Assembly (NCBI GenBank): GCA_002633005.1
Contig: NMRA01001170.1
Coordinates: 1-43,753 of the forward strand
Length of the DNA stretch: 43,753 nt
Direction: 5' to 3'
DNA from: Phoronis australis
Lineage: Eukaryota; Animalia; Phoronida
Shown: positions 24,678 through 38,195 of the stretch, piece after piece
Numbering within the stretch: position 1 is the stretch's first letter
How the letters are laid out: each line of letters starts with the position of its first letter
Made by a program: the position numbers and the translations under genes
Notes under the pieces: generated by a model
Seen by the model: the letters and a program-made list of their open reading frames with translations, nothing else
Told to the model about the DNA's origin: nothing
Database searches by the model: none

Positions 24678-25956
24678 AGCCGATTTCACAAAGGCAGTGT
24701 TAGCTAAATCCTGCTGGTTTACAGATAGTCTGCATTTCTTAAAGGTGGTTGGCGTTTAGACCAGTTGTCTAGTAAAACCTGGTTTAAGTCCAATTTAGAA
24801 CTGGCCTAGGTCAGGTTTCTTTTCACTAACGAGGTCTATATTCCTTAGACCCGTATTAAGACCTGAAGCCAGGTTTAAGTTTAGACTTGGTCAGACCCAG
24901 ATTTAATATTGTTAAATATGGCAGACGTACACGACATATGTGGAACTGAGTGGTGTAGAGGTTTGCAGAGCAAGAATTAACTATTTTCAAATTTCAGTTT
25001 CACAACATGAAAATCGAGGCGGATCAAGGATATTTAAAAGGGGTCGGATCAAGGATTTTTAAAAGGAGGCCCAAATCAACTTATAAATTTGATATCGCTA
25101 AAATCAAGGTAAAGGGAGTCTGGAACCCTCGATCCTTCTAGATCCGCCTCTGCGCAGACCAGTACGTGTTGCAGGGTGTCCTTCAGATTCCTCAGAATAC
25201 GACTGGTTGAGCAGAGCAACGTCGTCGCTACGGGTTTGACTGACGATGGCGTCTTTTGGTTCTTCTGAGTTCCACCCCCATTGTCTGCAAAAATAAACAC
25301 CATAACGGCTCTGAAATGAATTTGGGCATTGACTGTTGCGATAAATCGTGAGCATGTATTTCAATGTTTGTACGTTTGTTGACCACAGATATTACAAAAC
25401 GAAAATGTCCCCTTATGATATTCTAAATCTGGTACTGGGTCCCCTATCGCTTCTCTTTGCATTTTGACCATTAATGAAATTTTCTTTCTGGCCTTCATTT
25501 TAGTGATACCCTTAAACTGTTTGTCGCTACATTTCTCCGATTGTGGGAAATGTGCACCCAATCTGGACCAGTATCTCTCGAAGTCTGCTGCTTACGTTGT
25601 CTGGATTTGGCACCGGTTTACTTGCTTTTTGTAACAAGGCAATTTCTCACGAGAAAATGCTTTTAGACCCCTTTTGCAAGTGTCTGCATTGAATCTATTG
25701 CTTCGTGCAATTGAATATCCACATGATCAAGGTTTCAAAGAACCACTTCTATAAATTCTTTGTTGGTTTAATCCAGATCAACACAGCAGGGTGGCTTGGA
25801 TACTCTGAACCTGGTTATACTAAACCTGCTACCTGGTCTAAAAAACCAGGCTCTCAGACTTTTAAACCGCGTTGGTGAAATGCAAGTTAGATCTAAAATT
25901 AGATCAGGCTTAAGTCTTAATCCTGGTGTTGTTAAACCACCTTCATGAAATCGACT
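24678..25956. mobile_element. Old non-autonomous PIF/Harbinger-like TIR element
   Basis: TIRs AGCCGATTTCACAAAGG and AGTCGATTTCATGAAGG (14/17), plus inverted subterminal blocks (TGCATTTC..GGTT and TTTAGACCAG). A possible decayed Myb/SANT-like remnant lies on the minus strand at about 25400-25600 (weak). Confidence 0.55.
25016..25150. mobile_element. Small hAT-like MITE nested in the Harbinger-like element
   Basis: Perfect inverted GAGGCGGATC...GATCCGCCTC with an internal duplication of CGGATCAAGGAT(A/T)TTTAAAAGG. TSD not evident. Confidence 0.5.
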
Positions 25957-26002
25957 GTAGGTGCTCAGTTATGTTTTTTTCTTATTTAGATTTATAGTCC
26001 TT

Positions 26003-26237
26003 AGCCCCGTTGCAAGAAAACTGACATAGTTAAGACAGAGCTTAAGTTTCAGTCAAATTTAAGATAAGACTTAAATCTGTCTCAAGATCATTTCAAAAAG
26101 AGATCATACGTTCGGCTTAAGTTTTGTCATAATTTTGTTTATGTTATCAAATGTAGAAGTTTCAAAGTTTGGAATTTGAGACAAATCTTAGAATTAAGTC
26201 AAAATTGAACTTAAGTCTGTTTCTTGGAATGGACCCC
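26003..26237. mobile_element. Degenerate Harbinger-like MITE
   Basis: GCCCCGTTGCAAGAAA vs the reverse complement GGGTCCATTCCAAGAAA, with inverted CTTAAG-rich subterminal blocks and TGTCTCAA/TTGAGACA. Confidence 0.5.
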
Positions 26238-27468
26238 TTGTCTCCTTCGAGACATTTTTACGTAATAAATAACAGCAAAATGTGACATGTTGGCATCGTC
26301 GCAAAATGGGTATCCTCCTTTGTTTTTTAACGTTAGAAGACCCAACGTCATAAAAAACCTGCTCGTTGGTACATATTTGTATTGAATGAGTAGATATTTC
26401 TGGATACGCATTAATATCCACACTCAAAATTGAATTACAACGCCAACGCTAATAAGTTTAAAGTTTGATTTCGCCGCATTGTTGCTCTCTGATTATAAGT
26501 GCTTTGACCTCTGAAACAGTTGTTCAAATTTTTGCTTAAAGAATTGAAAAGCTCATGACATTCATGTAAGCTACGCTTAGATATGCCATATCGCTGCTTT
26601 AGAGTTCCAAAAACTCAGAGAAGACGATAATCATACTTTAAACTGCGCACCTTCACTTTGCTACTAACACTTGAAACTCGGGCACTAAATTAAAAACACC
26701 CATGAACGCCAACCCATTTTCCATTTGGGAGCGGGATTAGAGTCCTGTTAAAGAAACGTAATTATTAAAGCCTATCTTCAACGGTAACACATGTAAATTT
26801 GGTTCCTACATTGTGTTAAGAGCACTGCACTGACCCCATTAGTGCCATCAATTGCCAAATGTAACGAACTATAAAGTGTATTAGCTTGCTTTAGTCTACT
26901 ACACCGCGAGAATCACCTTATAGTTCAAACAGCTGCGATTTATCATCCGCACGCAATTGCGTTCTATTCAGACCCCTATTCAATACAACCTTTTGCTGTT
27001 TGTGCTGGGATCACGCGGTGACGCAACTTGGCACGAAAAATTAGCTTCACTATCATTTGACTGGCTTACACTTGCGTGATTGAACTCGCGTTTTCTTATT
27101 TTACTAAGGCTTTGCAAGGACTATCTGGTTAGTCTAATTCATCTAAAGTAACAAAATTCCATAGAAGTTAGACTTTAAAACGAATTTGAAAAGATAAAAG
27201 ATTCAACTCAAAAGTGAAATACAGCTTTAAGTCAATAAAAGTTTGGTCCTGTTGAATAAATACATGGTTTTGTTGAATCAAATTCAAATGATAGTAGAAT
27301 GGTATGAAACCCAAAATGGAATGCAGGCAGCTAGTTGAGTAGGTAATACACATGTAATTACTCTGCTTTGACATTTCATTGCCCCGGGCAATGAAACAGG
27401 TCACAGCAACAGTGACTACAGAAGATTTCATTTACTGTGTATAAGGAATATGGCAATTGTTGTTTCAG

Positions 27469-27812
27469 ATCAAGATCTTAACATTGGCGTTTTGAAAGGA
27501 TGTTTCGAATTAGGTTTAAAAAACGTCGACAAATGGTCCAGCTTTCTTTCTGATTATGAACACATAGATATCGAAATGGGAAAACTGCACCAAGAAATCT
27601 GCAGACAAAAATGCAGCGAGCATGAAAGAAAGAAAGCTGTGCTGTGGAAAGGAGAGGCATGTCTTTGTGTCGATAGCCTTCCGAGCGAAAAATTGCACCT
27701 AACAGATGATGAAAAATGTGACTTGGTATGCCCCGGGAATGACTTTCAAATATGCGGAGGACCAGAACACTTATACGTCATGGATACCGTTCTGAGCAGT
27801 AACAGCGAGTAA
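27469..27812 (+). CDS. WSC-domain exon 3 (3' end uncertain)
   Basis: TTGTTTCAG| acceptor, phase 1. Reads GCF..CRQKC..GEACLC..CDLVCPGNDFQICGG..LYVM. It either stops at TAA 27810-27812 or splices at a weak phase-1 donor after 27798 (GTAACA) or 27804 (GCGAGT). Confidence 0.85.
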
Positions 27813-30800
27813 CAATGCATGCAAACACGAACCTAGAAGTTCTCCAGCTAAACAACTCTCCCTAAATAGAATTTAATTCATCGTGCCATAAAGACCGGCG
27901 GACAGCTTGACATGGACCAAATCAACTTAAACATGCTTGAAGTACCACGCCCAATTTAGGGCTTTGCAATTCCAATCATTGGATTAAGGTCACGGGGAAT
28001 ATTTGATTCGTTACATTTCTGCTTTGAACCCTTAGATCAAGCTGCAAAAGCTTTTAAATCATGTTCAATTCAAGTGAGATCAACACAATCACTAATTGCT
28101 ATTTCGGAGGTTGCAAAATTTAGAAATGGGAATGAACAGAAGCAGTGATGCTTGAAGTTGTGTTTATTTTCTATTATAAGTATATCTTATTGTACAGAGG
28201 TATCCGATAGGTTTGCATATTAGCCAACATTATCTGACCAATATATCCTTACAGTACACGACTTCAGGTGACCTACATGTACATGTACTTGATAACCTCT
28301 GGCAACTAAACGTGTTACCTGTTTCGTGGTACTCTCTGTCCAGCTTTTACGTAGACTCACTTATGTATAAAACTGTGAACCAGAAATTGCAAAAATACTT
28401 CAATATAACTTACCAAAACTACCTCCGTCGTGTGTTATTTATCCATCAATAATGTCTCAAACCAAAGACTAGTACGTCAAAAGCATTTATTTGTTATTAG
28501 TTTGGAAATCCCGATGAAGTTAAAGAGACAATGTTGACAGCTGGTTCCTCAGCAGCATGAACGCTGCATTAAATTCATGTAACATAACGGAATGGAAAAC
28601 AAACTCTTTTGGTTGTCTTTATCAAGAGTGTGCCACAAATACCATATGTTACAGGTCGCATAACTTAACAAACCCAACTAAAAGGCAGTCAGTATAAAAG
28701 CCTGTAAGTATTCAAAAGTCAAGTCTATACGTCAAAATTCAAAACAACTTCATTTTTACAAGGATAAGTATACAAACAAATGTCTAAATGCCACGATTTG
28801 TGCAATAAATCATTCCTAATTTGCGGCTGGAGCGCTAGACCCCGTACGGCCAGATTAGCCGGCTGTGTGTTTTCAGCAACGTGTACTAGTAACTTTAAAT
28901 ATAGATGGAAATCTCCACTATACCTATGTATAGTGTAAATAATATTTTGGCAGTTACTCAAAATATGACGGATTTGTGCTAGACAGGAGAGATAATCCAC
29001 AAACCACTTTTGCTACCTAATTTTAGAGGCCAATTTGTGACACGCGTACTGCCTTATCGCACCATATAGCTTCTATAAAACTTTTTGGGCATATAGCTAA
29101 AGAGTAAATTTTGATGACTGACCAAATGTCTTGCCTCAAGTTTACAATTAGTGAAATTTGTCTTGAAAGTTGTCGCTTTTTCAATTGTTGAGAATAGTTA
29201 ACAAGAAATTTATTTTAAATTGCGACAAAGGTCAAGGCTAGTGTTTTTAAACGGAAACATGTTATACTCTGGACGTATTACGAGAGCAACATCATAACTG
29301 AACCCAATGGCCTTTCTCCCGTGAGTCAATTTTACATTAAGTTCCATGATAACATAAACAGTTTTACATATAACCCTGTTGTTTTCTTCCATTATCATTG
29401 ATTTGGCAATTACAGTGTAGTTAAATGAGCATAAAACCCCTTGAAGTTTGAATTTGTAAGAAGTGATACTTGTAAAGACTGTTTTGAGGCTATCATGTTC
29501 ATAAAGACAACATGAAGAACCAAGACCATTTCTGTTCGTTTAGAAAATTCTGCTAAAACAAGTTCCATCACAAAAGTTTCGAGGTCTTGGTCATGCTAAA
29601 GATGATTCGGAACATCTGAGATATTATAAAGTACCGCATAAATCAAGGCCAGTGGCAAAGTATCAGCTCGTACGAGCCAGGATAGGTAAAACTGGGACTG
29701 AAAAGGATCACTGGTGTTGTCAAATTATATGCAATGTACACCGAACAGAAACTGGTCCAGGTTTAAACCCATCCAGAAACTGTCCGTGTGCCCTGAAGAT
29801 CCACGACCATCCAGAAGAAACTTTGAACGATCGTAGATTGACTCAGTTTGGACAGGCTGAGAATTGCTACCACCCGTAAACTTCAAGGTGATGGACACCA
29901 GAATAAGTGTCATAGTTGGGGTTAAAAGGCCCAACTTTGGTTTCTTAGTGCACGTCATATTTTTTATTTTATACTTGATCGCAGTTTGTGGTTGAGGTGA
30001 AATAACACTAATCAGTCCAGTGAAATAGCGAGAACCTCCTTGAACCCCCGTCGACACCTCACAAAGTGACGCCCCCATCCAGGATTGGTAGGTGCGTAAC
30101 CTCCTTGATTCACCCCTGAGCGACCGACATCAATTTCTCACCCTTTGTCAGCCTCCGGGCGACATGTGACCCCCTTGCTACGGCATAGACTAGGTCACTC
30201 GGCGTGTTTGCTATGATGTCCTGACCGCTGTGTTGAACTATGTTTACCTAATGTGTGTCGCGAACTGAGTCATTAAAAAATTGCAGTGTGAGAGTTTTTT
30301 TTTCTAGTGACTTGAAATAAATGCCATTCCATACCGTTAATGATCGCACTGTAGGAAATATTCAACGTCGGGGTGGCGGCGACCGCCGTAGGTATTATGT
30401 GCCTGTCCACGAGAGCACCAGACATCCAGCGGTAAGGGGGAGGTCAGCCGATTTTCATCAAATTTGACACATACATGTACATGTAGGTAGTCGTATGGAT
30501 CTATAACAGTGGTAAAATATTTTCCCAAAATATTACGTTCTACCAAAGTTATAACCTCAAACACATTTCTCGGCTTCGCAGTCATGTTTTCACGATTTAA
30601 AAACTGTCCAATTTTAACTGTCTACAAGTATATTGTTCTTTGAATGGAAGCTATCGAACTATTCTTCACTTCCTATTGTTAAGTGGTGCCTGTAGATTGT
30701 TACACAGATAACGTGAGCACGTAAAATCACATCGTCCTTAAAGAGTTCTGTAGCCGCGTCTGGCTACAGGGATAAGTTAAAATCCGATTGCAAAACACAT

Positions 30801-31345
30801 TTTATTATTTAGTTGCAAGCGATGAAAAGGAGAGACCGAAAAAACGGTTATCTGTAATGAAGAAAAACATACAGTCTGAGTACTCGGCAAGCAAGCGTAA
30901 TTAACAAGGACTATATACCAAGAGCGTTAGAAAGACTCGCGACAATGACTCTATGACAGGCAAGTACTACATGCTATTGTAGCCACTAGAAAGAACCGGC
31001 TTACTAAAAGAAACCCAATCACAACGGCGAAAGATGTACTGCTACCTATAAAGAAAATAAATAGCGTGATATGTAAACAAAACACAATAACCAATCACAA
31101 AAATGATGCACGGCATCAACAAGTTCCCACCATGACACTGTCTACCAAAAAGAATTTTATTAATACATCTTAGCTGATTAAAAATCCTTAGAATACCTAG
31201 TGCTTAGAAAGAATCCAAAACTTAAAAAAAAAATAATTTTCTGTTCTACGTAACGGGTGGAAGACCGTCTCCGCCATTGTTGCTCTTTAGACAGTGCTGA
31301 GCTAAGGAGTCGAGAGGAAAGTTCTTGGGTAGCTGCCTTTCAGCC

Positions 31346-34300
31346 ATGACAAGGTGCGTTTGTGGCCGCTGTAGCAACAGCAATTTGACTGACAACGTCA
31401 CCGTATTCAAATTTTCAAAAGATATCAAAGCTGCACAGAAATGGCACCGGTTTGGGCGCCGTACTCGGGTAAGTAACATGCGATCCGGTCGGGAGCCACC
31501 ATTTGCTCGTCACATTTTAGTGAATCGTGTTTCGACCCGAAACAGAAGGACTCGCAGCCTTGAAAGTGTGTTTTCATTTTTTATAAATAACGAACAAACT
31601 GCTTCTCTGCTAGGGAGATTGAGGAGTGGACCTCGCCCCCTTCCCAGATATATTTTTCTCCGCCAATTCGAATCAGCAATTTTTGCAATGAGTCTCTTCA
31701 TGACATTTGTATTGTTTTATTGTTGGACAGATTAGACTGGATAATCATGTAACTTATCCTTTAGCACTGATGTGTGCCAATATGATTTCCACATTCCAAT
31801 GTGACAAGTGAACACAGCATGTACTGGATTCTAATTTAGATTTTATTTACCACGACTCTCAAAAATTTCGAATGCCTTTTATTGTGTGACGGGTGTGGAT
31901 GTGTTCGACTCGATCAGTCCATGTGTCATGTGGGTTCTTACAATGTCCTTGCATAGTCTTTCCAACGTGTAACTGGTAAGTACAGACACTGCAGTAAATG
32001 TATATGCATTATCTTGTCAGGGACGACTTTGATGAGTACACTGCTGCTGTGCTTTATTTTGTTCTGTATATGTATATTGTTTTGAGGTGCTTTAAAAGAA
32101 AAAACGAATATGTTACAATGTATTGAACATGGCCAAATTTAGATTACGATGTAACATCACACCTCGTATGAAAATTTCAGATGTTATGCTTTATCCACTG
32201 TTATAGAAAAGTTTGTAAGGGTTTGTTTTTAAAATTAGCTACTTTTGTGTGAGGTTCTATCACAAAATAGGATTTTTTTAATTTTCAAGAAATGAAAATG
32301 ATGAAAAACTGTAACAGCATTTTGATATCTCATTTAGAACATTTATCTGAAATGAAATTTGATCATGCTGGTTATTGTTACCGTAATTGATACCGTTGTT
32401 TTGCTATCGTTGTACCTTTCCTCTTTCCTAAATTTTACTAATACATGGTCACGTGACCAACTTATAATAGATTAGTAAAAAGTCAAAAATACTGCAAATT
32501 GTTCAGGATTTATACTCTCAGAAAAGTTATATTTTTAGTTAGACTGCTGTATTCTTACATTAGATGTTTTAATAAGTGCGCTGACTTAAACATTAAAGGA
32601 TCGACTTAGACCAGAGAATGCTGTAACAATGGACTCATCTTGTTTCTTGTTGAGATGACATGTGGTTTCTTGGGAAACACAATTTTGCCAAGCCTCTGTA
32701 CCAGTTCCAAAGTGCTTTCAATTTATTTTCTGCAGGCAGTGACCTTATATGATGGTTTCAGAAAAGTGAGATGAATGTCGAGTCCATGTCGTTATCTACA
32801 GTGTGTGCTGGATCTGCAGAAACCCCACTTGTCGTGTCCTCTCCCCTGCATGTTGAGTTTCAGCTGGAGACTCATACCACATTGCCATCCACCAGACTCT
32901 TCACTTCCCCTTCTACCTCTGGAGCCTCAGTTGCACTCACTTGTTGAAGATTCAGATTCCTCGTGCAATCCTTCTTCTGAAGAGGAATCTAGCCCATAAA
33001 AGCGTCCCAGGTAAGCTTTTATCTATATACTTGCTCTTAGAGAATTAGGAAAATATATTGACCATTATTTACTGAAATTTTGTTCACACATGACATTTCG
33101 CAAAAAAATCCCAGGTCATCTCCCCAACTTATTGTTGGGCTATAAAATCGAACAAGTTGGGAGCAACGGGAATACGCCATGATAAATGAAGTCATAGTTA
33201 CATTTGTGCTTGCCTATTAATAGTTATGCTATTATTGCAAATAAATCTAACGTGTAATTTGTAATAATTTTTAGAAAATAGTCAAAACCTGATTCCAAAA
33301 GGAATTACATCCTGTATGAGGCTTCACTGTTAAGTCATTCAATTTCTGCCACTTCTGTAGCAAAAAGGCTTCACCTCAGAACATGAAGATGATAGGCGCA
33401 AAGGTTCAGGTGCAGCAGAACTGCGATAGGTTAAAGTGTCCTGGCTACACCTGGCACTCCCAGCCATTTGTTGGGGATTACTCGGAAGGAGATCTCTTGT
33501 TGTCAGCTGCCACCTTGTTTAGTGGCAAGTCAATTTCAAAATTACAAAATTTGCTGCAGTTCTTTAGTGGCAACTCAATTTCAAAAGTACAAAATTTGCT
33601 GTTGTTCACGGGTTTTAAATCATTTCATACAAACACATTCTTTTGCCATCAACGACTATTCCTTCACGATGCTATTGACAAAGTCTGGTGTGACCAGCAG
33701 GAAGATTTCCTCAAAAATTTGGCTCCCGAGTTACTGCCAGATGTGATAGGTAAATTGTCAATACGTGCTGTTATGATAATTTCCTTTTCATATCAACAAT
33801 ATAACGATCAATGAGAATCATTGCAGGTATTACTTAATCTTCTTAGGCATACATGTACACGTTTCCATTCGCTCAGATGTCCATGTTCTATGCTGGAATT
33901 GATGAAGTTATTATTAGTGACGGAAAATATATTTTCAGGACGGTGTTTCTTAGAATTGTTGTTACGATCACTCCGGTTTTCATTGTAGCCCTGGCCACTC
34001 TGCTAAGTACCGATCGTACTCTTGATGAACCTTTATGGAAACAATGTCATAGCTTTGGAAATTATCCAGGTAATATCTATGTTTCAAGTACACAACTGGT
34101 TTTCTTAAAGGTTAAAAGAGATACGAAAAAGAATCAATTAGTTCAAGGAAGTCAGGTATGCGAGTAACACACAGTTTACGCTGTTGGTTCTATTATTTGG
34201 TTTGATTTTATTGAACTAAATATGTTGCAGAAAAATGAAGTTGGACGTTCTTACAACATGGAGCATGAGGGCTTGAATAGATGTAAGACTAAGCTGTTGG

Positions 34301-35620
34301 CTGCTTCTTCGCCTGCCAAAATTACAGTTGTTACAGACCGGAACCGGAAGATAACGGATTCTTGACCACTGGAGGTCAGATGAACACTTCTTTGACATTT
34401 GGCATGTTTCAAAAGGTGATAGACAGATTATTTATGTGTCTTATTTTCTCGGAAATTCCAACAGATACACTACATAAAATAACAGATCGTGTCATTGGCA
34501 TTGTAGGAAAGCATTGGGACAAACTCTGATTTGATCAATTTGCTGCTACTTTATACATGTATTGCAAAGTATCACTTTGTTTTAGGCATGAATAAAATGT
34601 TATTGGTCATCGTGAAAAAGTACCCTGAGGTAGGAAACTGGAAACCGGCGATAACCAAACATTTGTATTGGTGCGCAACCTCAAGCGATGGGAATGGAGA
34701 ATTGGCATTGGCCAAGTGAAAGAGCCTCTCCAATCATATCGCAGATATCCATGTACACGAGTATCCCCTGTTTCCAAATGTGCTCATTATGCACTTTCTT
34801 TCAGGCAGTGCAGTGTTTGCAGTCCGGTATACTTTTTGATTTGACTTACTTATTATACCACTGAGTCACTTCATTAGGAAACAACACAGCTTTCAACTGT
34901 GTGACTTCTGTGGATGTCTCTCAGTACATCACAAAGTCTTTGCAGAGTACAAGTAAAGTCTGTTTATTGCTGCCGATGCATTTCCTGACTGCTTACCCCA
35001 AAATATAATATTCGTGAAAAATGCAAATTCAGTTGTCCTCTGAAAAAAGTATTTTCATCTTAGGTGTAAAATTGGTTTCGATGCGTTCTTGGTCATTTTG
35101 GAATGATTTCTGAGCTCTGTTGTAGATGGAGGTCTGATTCATTAACTTTACTTGGTCCAGAGTGTCATTTTATGAACTTAGAATGGTCTTGAGCAATAAT
35201 TTACTGTCAATTCTGATGTGGGTAAGAGATAATTTTTGAGGTCCCAATAATTTTTTGTCAGCAGGTAGGTTCATAGCTACTTCAACCGTGTTGAAAATGG
35301 GTTAAAATTCCATTTGTTGTATAACAGTAGCTACCATAATCAGAAAATGACTGATTTTGAAACTAAGGTATCCAGCCATTGATTTGATGAAGTAAACTGT
35401 GTTTTCAGGCTAATAACCTCAAAGTGTCTGCTTTGTCCTTGTCACAGGATCTCGTCAATATGAGGAGCAGGTTAAAGGGTTGGAAAGCCGCCAGATGGAT
35501 AACGATGTACAAAAACTGTCCCTGTTTGGACAGACGGCATAAAAAGAGGCGTTTCATGCTTTGGTAAGTGAATTTGCTCCTAAGATGTGCCACTTCCACT
35601 ATCACACAATGAATAGCAAG
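31346..35620 (+). pseudogene. Decayed intron-containing Kolobok transposase (THAP + zinc finger + DDE)
   Basis: Ordered exon remnants: THAP MTRCVCGRCSN..FKF..KW..ICSSHF (31346-31530); S/E-rich linker (about 32800-33010); NYILYE..CHFC..TWHSQP..GDLLLSAATLFSG (about 33275-33750); CSPGHSAKY (about 33985); NEVGRSYNMEHEG..VVTDR..HFFDIWHVSKG (about 34230-34415); W..AITKHLYWCA..HIADIH (about 34590-34790); DVQKLS..QTA*KEAFHALVSEFAPK (35447-35620). Stops and frameshifts present. TIRs not found. Confidence 0.85.
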
Positions 35621-36197
35621 TAGTATAGTGAGGTTTAGGACTCCCGTTTGGGAGGGTCTTTTGTCAAAGGTCATAAAATCCGAAAGGAAAAGGTCAAAGG
35701 ACACCTTTGATAACTGCAATTGGAAGAGTCATCATCTGCCTATCAGAGAGAAGTGTCAATGACGTCATACCTCATGACGTAATACGTTTAACTGGACCCG
35801 TTAGAGAGGCACCTCGATTTAAGGTCAAGGTCATACGTGTAACCTCTAAACCGGAAGAAAGACGACTCGACTACTTGGAAATCACGTGACTGCTGACACG
35901 TTCAGGCAGGTTAGGACGTATCACCGTTTATCGCCCAGATGTTTTGACACTAAAAAGACATTGATTACGTTGTGTCTGTAGAGTTCAACTGATCGAGAGC
36001 TAAAACCAAATAGGGATTACATTGCTAAATAAGAACAAAAGGTGGATTACCTTACTTCGCGTGTTACGTCGTTGTATTATCCCCTTGGTTCTCTCTCCTT
36101 TCTTAAGAACGCCAATTGCACCTTCTCATCTCTCAACAACAGATGTCGGGTATACCTATCGCATGTACCGGCAGTACTAAATTAACAATACCAGTAA

Positions 36198-37345
36198 CTA
36201 GAAAGATTATTGTAACGGCGTGACAATACTGGACTCTGCGCGTGTGCATTACTGGAATTATTATGGGGAGTTACTGACAGCAAGCCGTTTACCAATATGA
36301 AAAGGAATTCCTTAAAAGTTTAGGAGAAATTACGTATTAATATTTTGATGACTTTTCCACTAATTGACCTCATCCCGTGCATTATGAGCCCCGATGAGGG
36401 AATAATTGTTAACTCGATTAAAAGTGTGGTTAATTTTTAAAAATCACAGATGAATGAAATGGTCTAACTTTCAGAAGAAAAATACACCTAATGACCCCAT
36501 GGATGCACCGAATGACCTGAAAATTTAGAATTCAAACTCGATTGCATTTGGTAAACAGATATGTAATTTTGAAGTCTCTAGCTCAAAATTATAGTTTGCA
36601 CTCAATGACATTTGGCCTATTTTTTCTGATTGGTAAGGCCTATTGCAAAGTAAAGTAGGGTACATGTATTCAATTGGAATGTTGACTTACACGAGAGTGC
36701 TGAAATTGAAAATAATAAGAGATATAACATTTTGAACGTTACATGACCTTTGCACTAATTGAGCCTATCCGGTGAATTACAAGCGTCTTTAGGAGAATTA
36801 TTGCAAAGCCCATGAAAAATGTGTTTAATGCTGAGAATTACAGTTGTCTAACGGTTGACACATCATGGTACTTGCTGATTTAAAAGGTCAAATTTTCAGA
36901 AGAAAAATGCACCTAATGACCCCATGTTTGCACTAAATGACTTGAAACTTTGGATTCCGAATTGAATTAACTGTACCAATCAGAACCGTGAATTTGAAGT
37001 GTCTAGCTCAAAATTTTAGTTTGCACCTGATGACCTTTGACCTATTTAACCTGATTGGATGACCCGATTACTTAGAAAAGTAATTTTTTAAATTTATTTT
37101 TTGACTTATACTTGTGTACAGCACTTAAAAAGAATAGCTTTTAAATTAAAGAAGGAATAGCATTTTAAAAATTACATCACATTTGCACCAAATGACCTCT
37201 TCTGGTGCATTATGGAATATGAGTATATAACGAATTGAAATTTATATACTGCCTAAAAGTATATGTTAAATTGAAGAACGTACCTCTAACCATTTTGTAG
37301 TAGTGTCAAAGTTGGTCGGAAGAAGAATATGAATAAGAACTAAAA
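36198..37345 (-). mobile_element. HINE monomer
   Basis: CTAG plus stem-loop at 36198-36228, full body, and a degenerate microsatellite/5' end near 37320-37400. Confidence 0.8.
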
Positions 37346-37484
37346 CGCAATTGTGTATGCGCACTTACAATTCTGCGCGCGGTGTACGCACATACAGAAT
37401 GGAGTACAGACGCATTACGTACATTGCATAGAAGTTGCATCTTTTGTGTGAGAGAAAGATGTCCCTAGTAACTATGGAAGAGCA

Positions 37485-38195
37485 AGAGTGTCTAACAGTT
37501 GACACAGCAGAATACTTGGTGAATGAATAGGTCAACTTTTCAGAAGAAAAATGCACCTAATGACCCCATGTTTGCACTAAATGACCTGAAACCTTTGATT
37601 CCGAATTGAATAAGCTGTGCCAATCAGACCAGTTCTATGAATTTGAAGTGTCTAGCTCAAAATTTTAGTTTGCACCTAATGACCTTTTTACTTGTTTAAC
37701 CTGATTGGAAGACCCGATTACTTAGAAAAGTATTTTTTTAAATTGCCTTATTGACTTATACCTGTGTACCGAATTTGAAAAGAATAGCTTTTAAAATAAA
37801 GAAGGGGTAGCATTTTGAAAATTACACGACCTTTGCACCAAATGACCTCTTCCGGTGCATTATGGAATATGACTATATAATGGATCAAAATTTATATAAT
37901 GCCTAACATCATAATTTAAGTTCGAAAAACATACCTGCAACCACTTTGGAGTTATTAAGTGTCAAAGTTGGTCGGAAGAAGAATAAGAGTAAGAATAAAA
38001 TTGAAGAAAACCCAGGAACAACAGTACTCTGCACTTGCACGCGCAGAGTAATAAGAATAAGAATAAGAATAAAATTGAAGAAAACCCAGGAACAACAGTA
38101 CTCTGCGCTTACACGAGCAGAGTAATAAGAAGAATAAAATTGAAGAAAACCCAGGAACAACAGTACTCTGCGCTTACAACCGCAGAGTAATAAGA
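37485..38195 (-). mobile_element. 3'-truncated HINE with three stacked 5' hairpin modules
   Basis: Body at 37485-37975, then three copies of AATAAAATTGAAGAAAACCCAGGAACAACAGTACTCTGC..GCAGAGTAATAAGA at about 37994-38195. Confidence 0.8.

Noticed and set aside
29590-30078. Coding-looking stretch as a further WSC-gene exon
   Set aside because: No recognisable motif in any frame, several stops, and no convincing splice pair.
30737-30770. TTAA-AG plus hairpin as the left end of the old Kolobok
   Set aside because: No matching inverted end was found downstream of 35620.
35640-35900. Motif-rich segment (AAGGTCA, TGACGT, CCGGAAG, CACGTGAC) as a promoter or LTR
   Set aside because: There is no second copy, terminus or adjacent ORF in the window to support a call.
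37980-38195. CRISPR-like array of palindromic direct repeats
   Set aside because: There are no unique spacers of regular length and no cas genes, the context is eukaryotic, and the units are HINE 5' termini.
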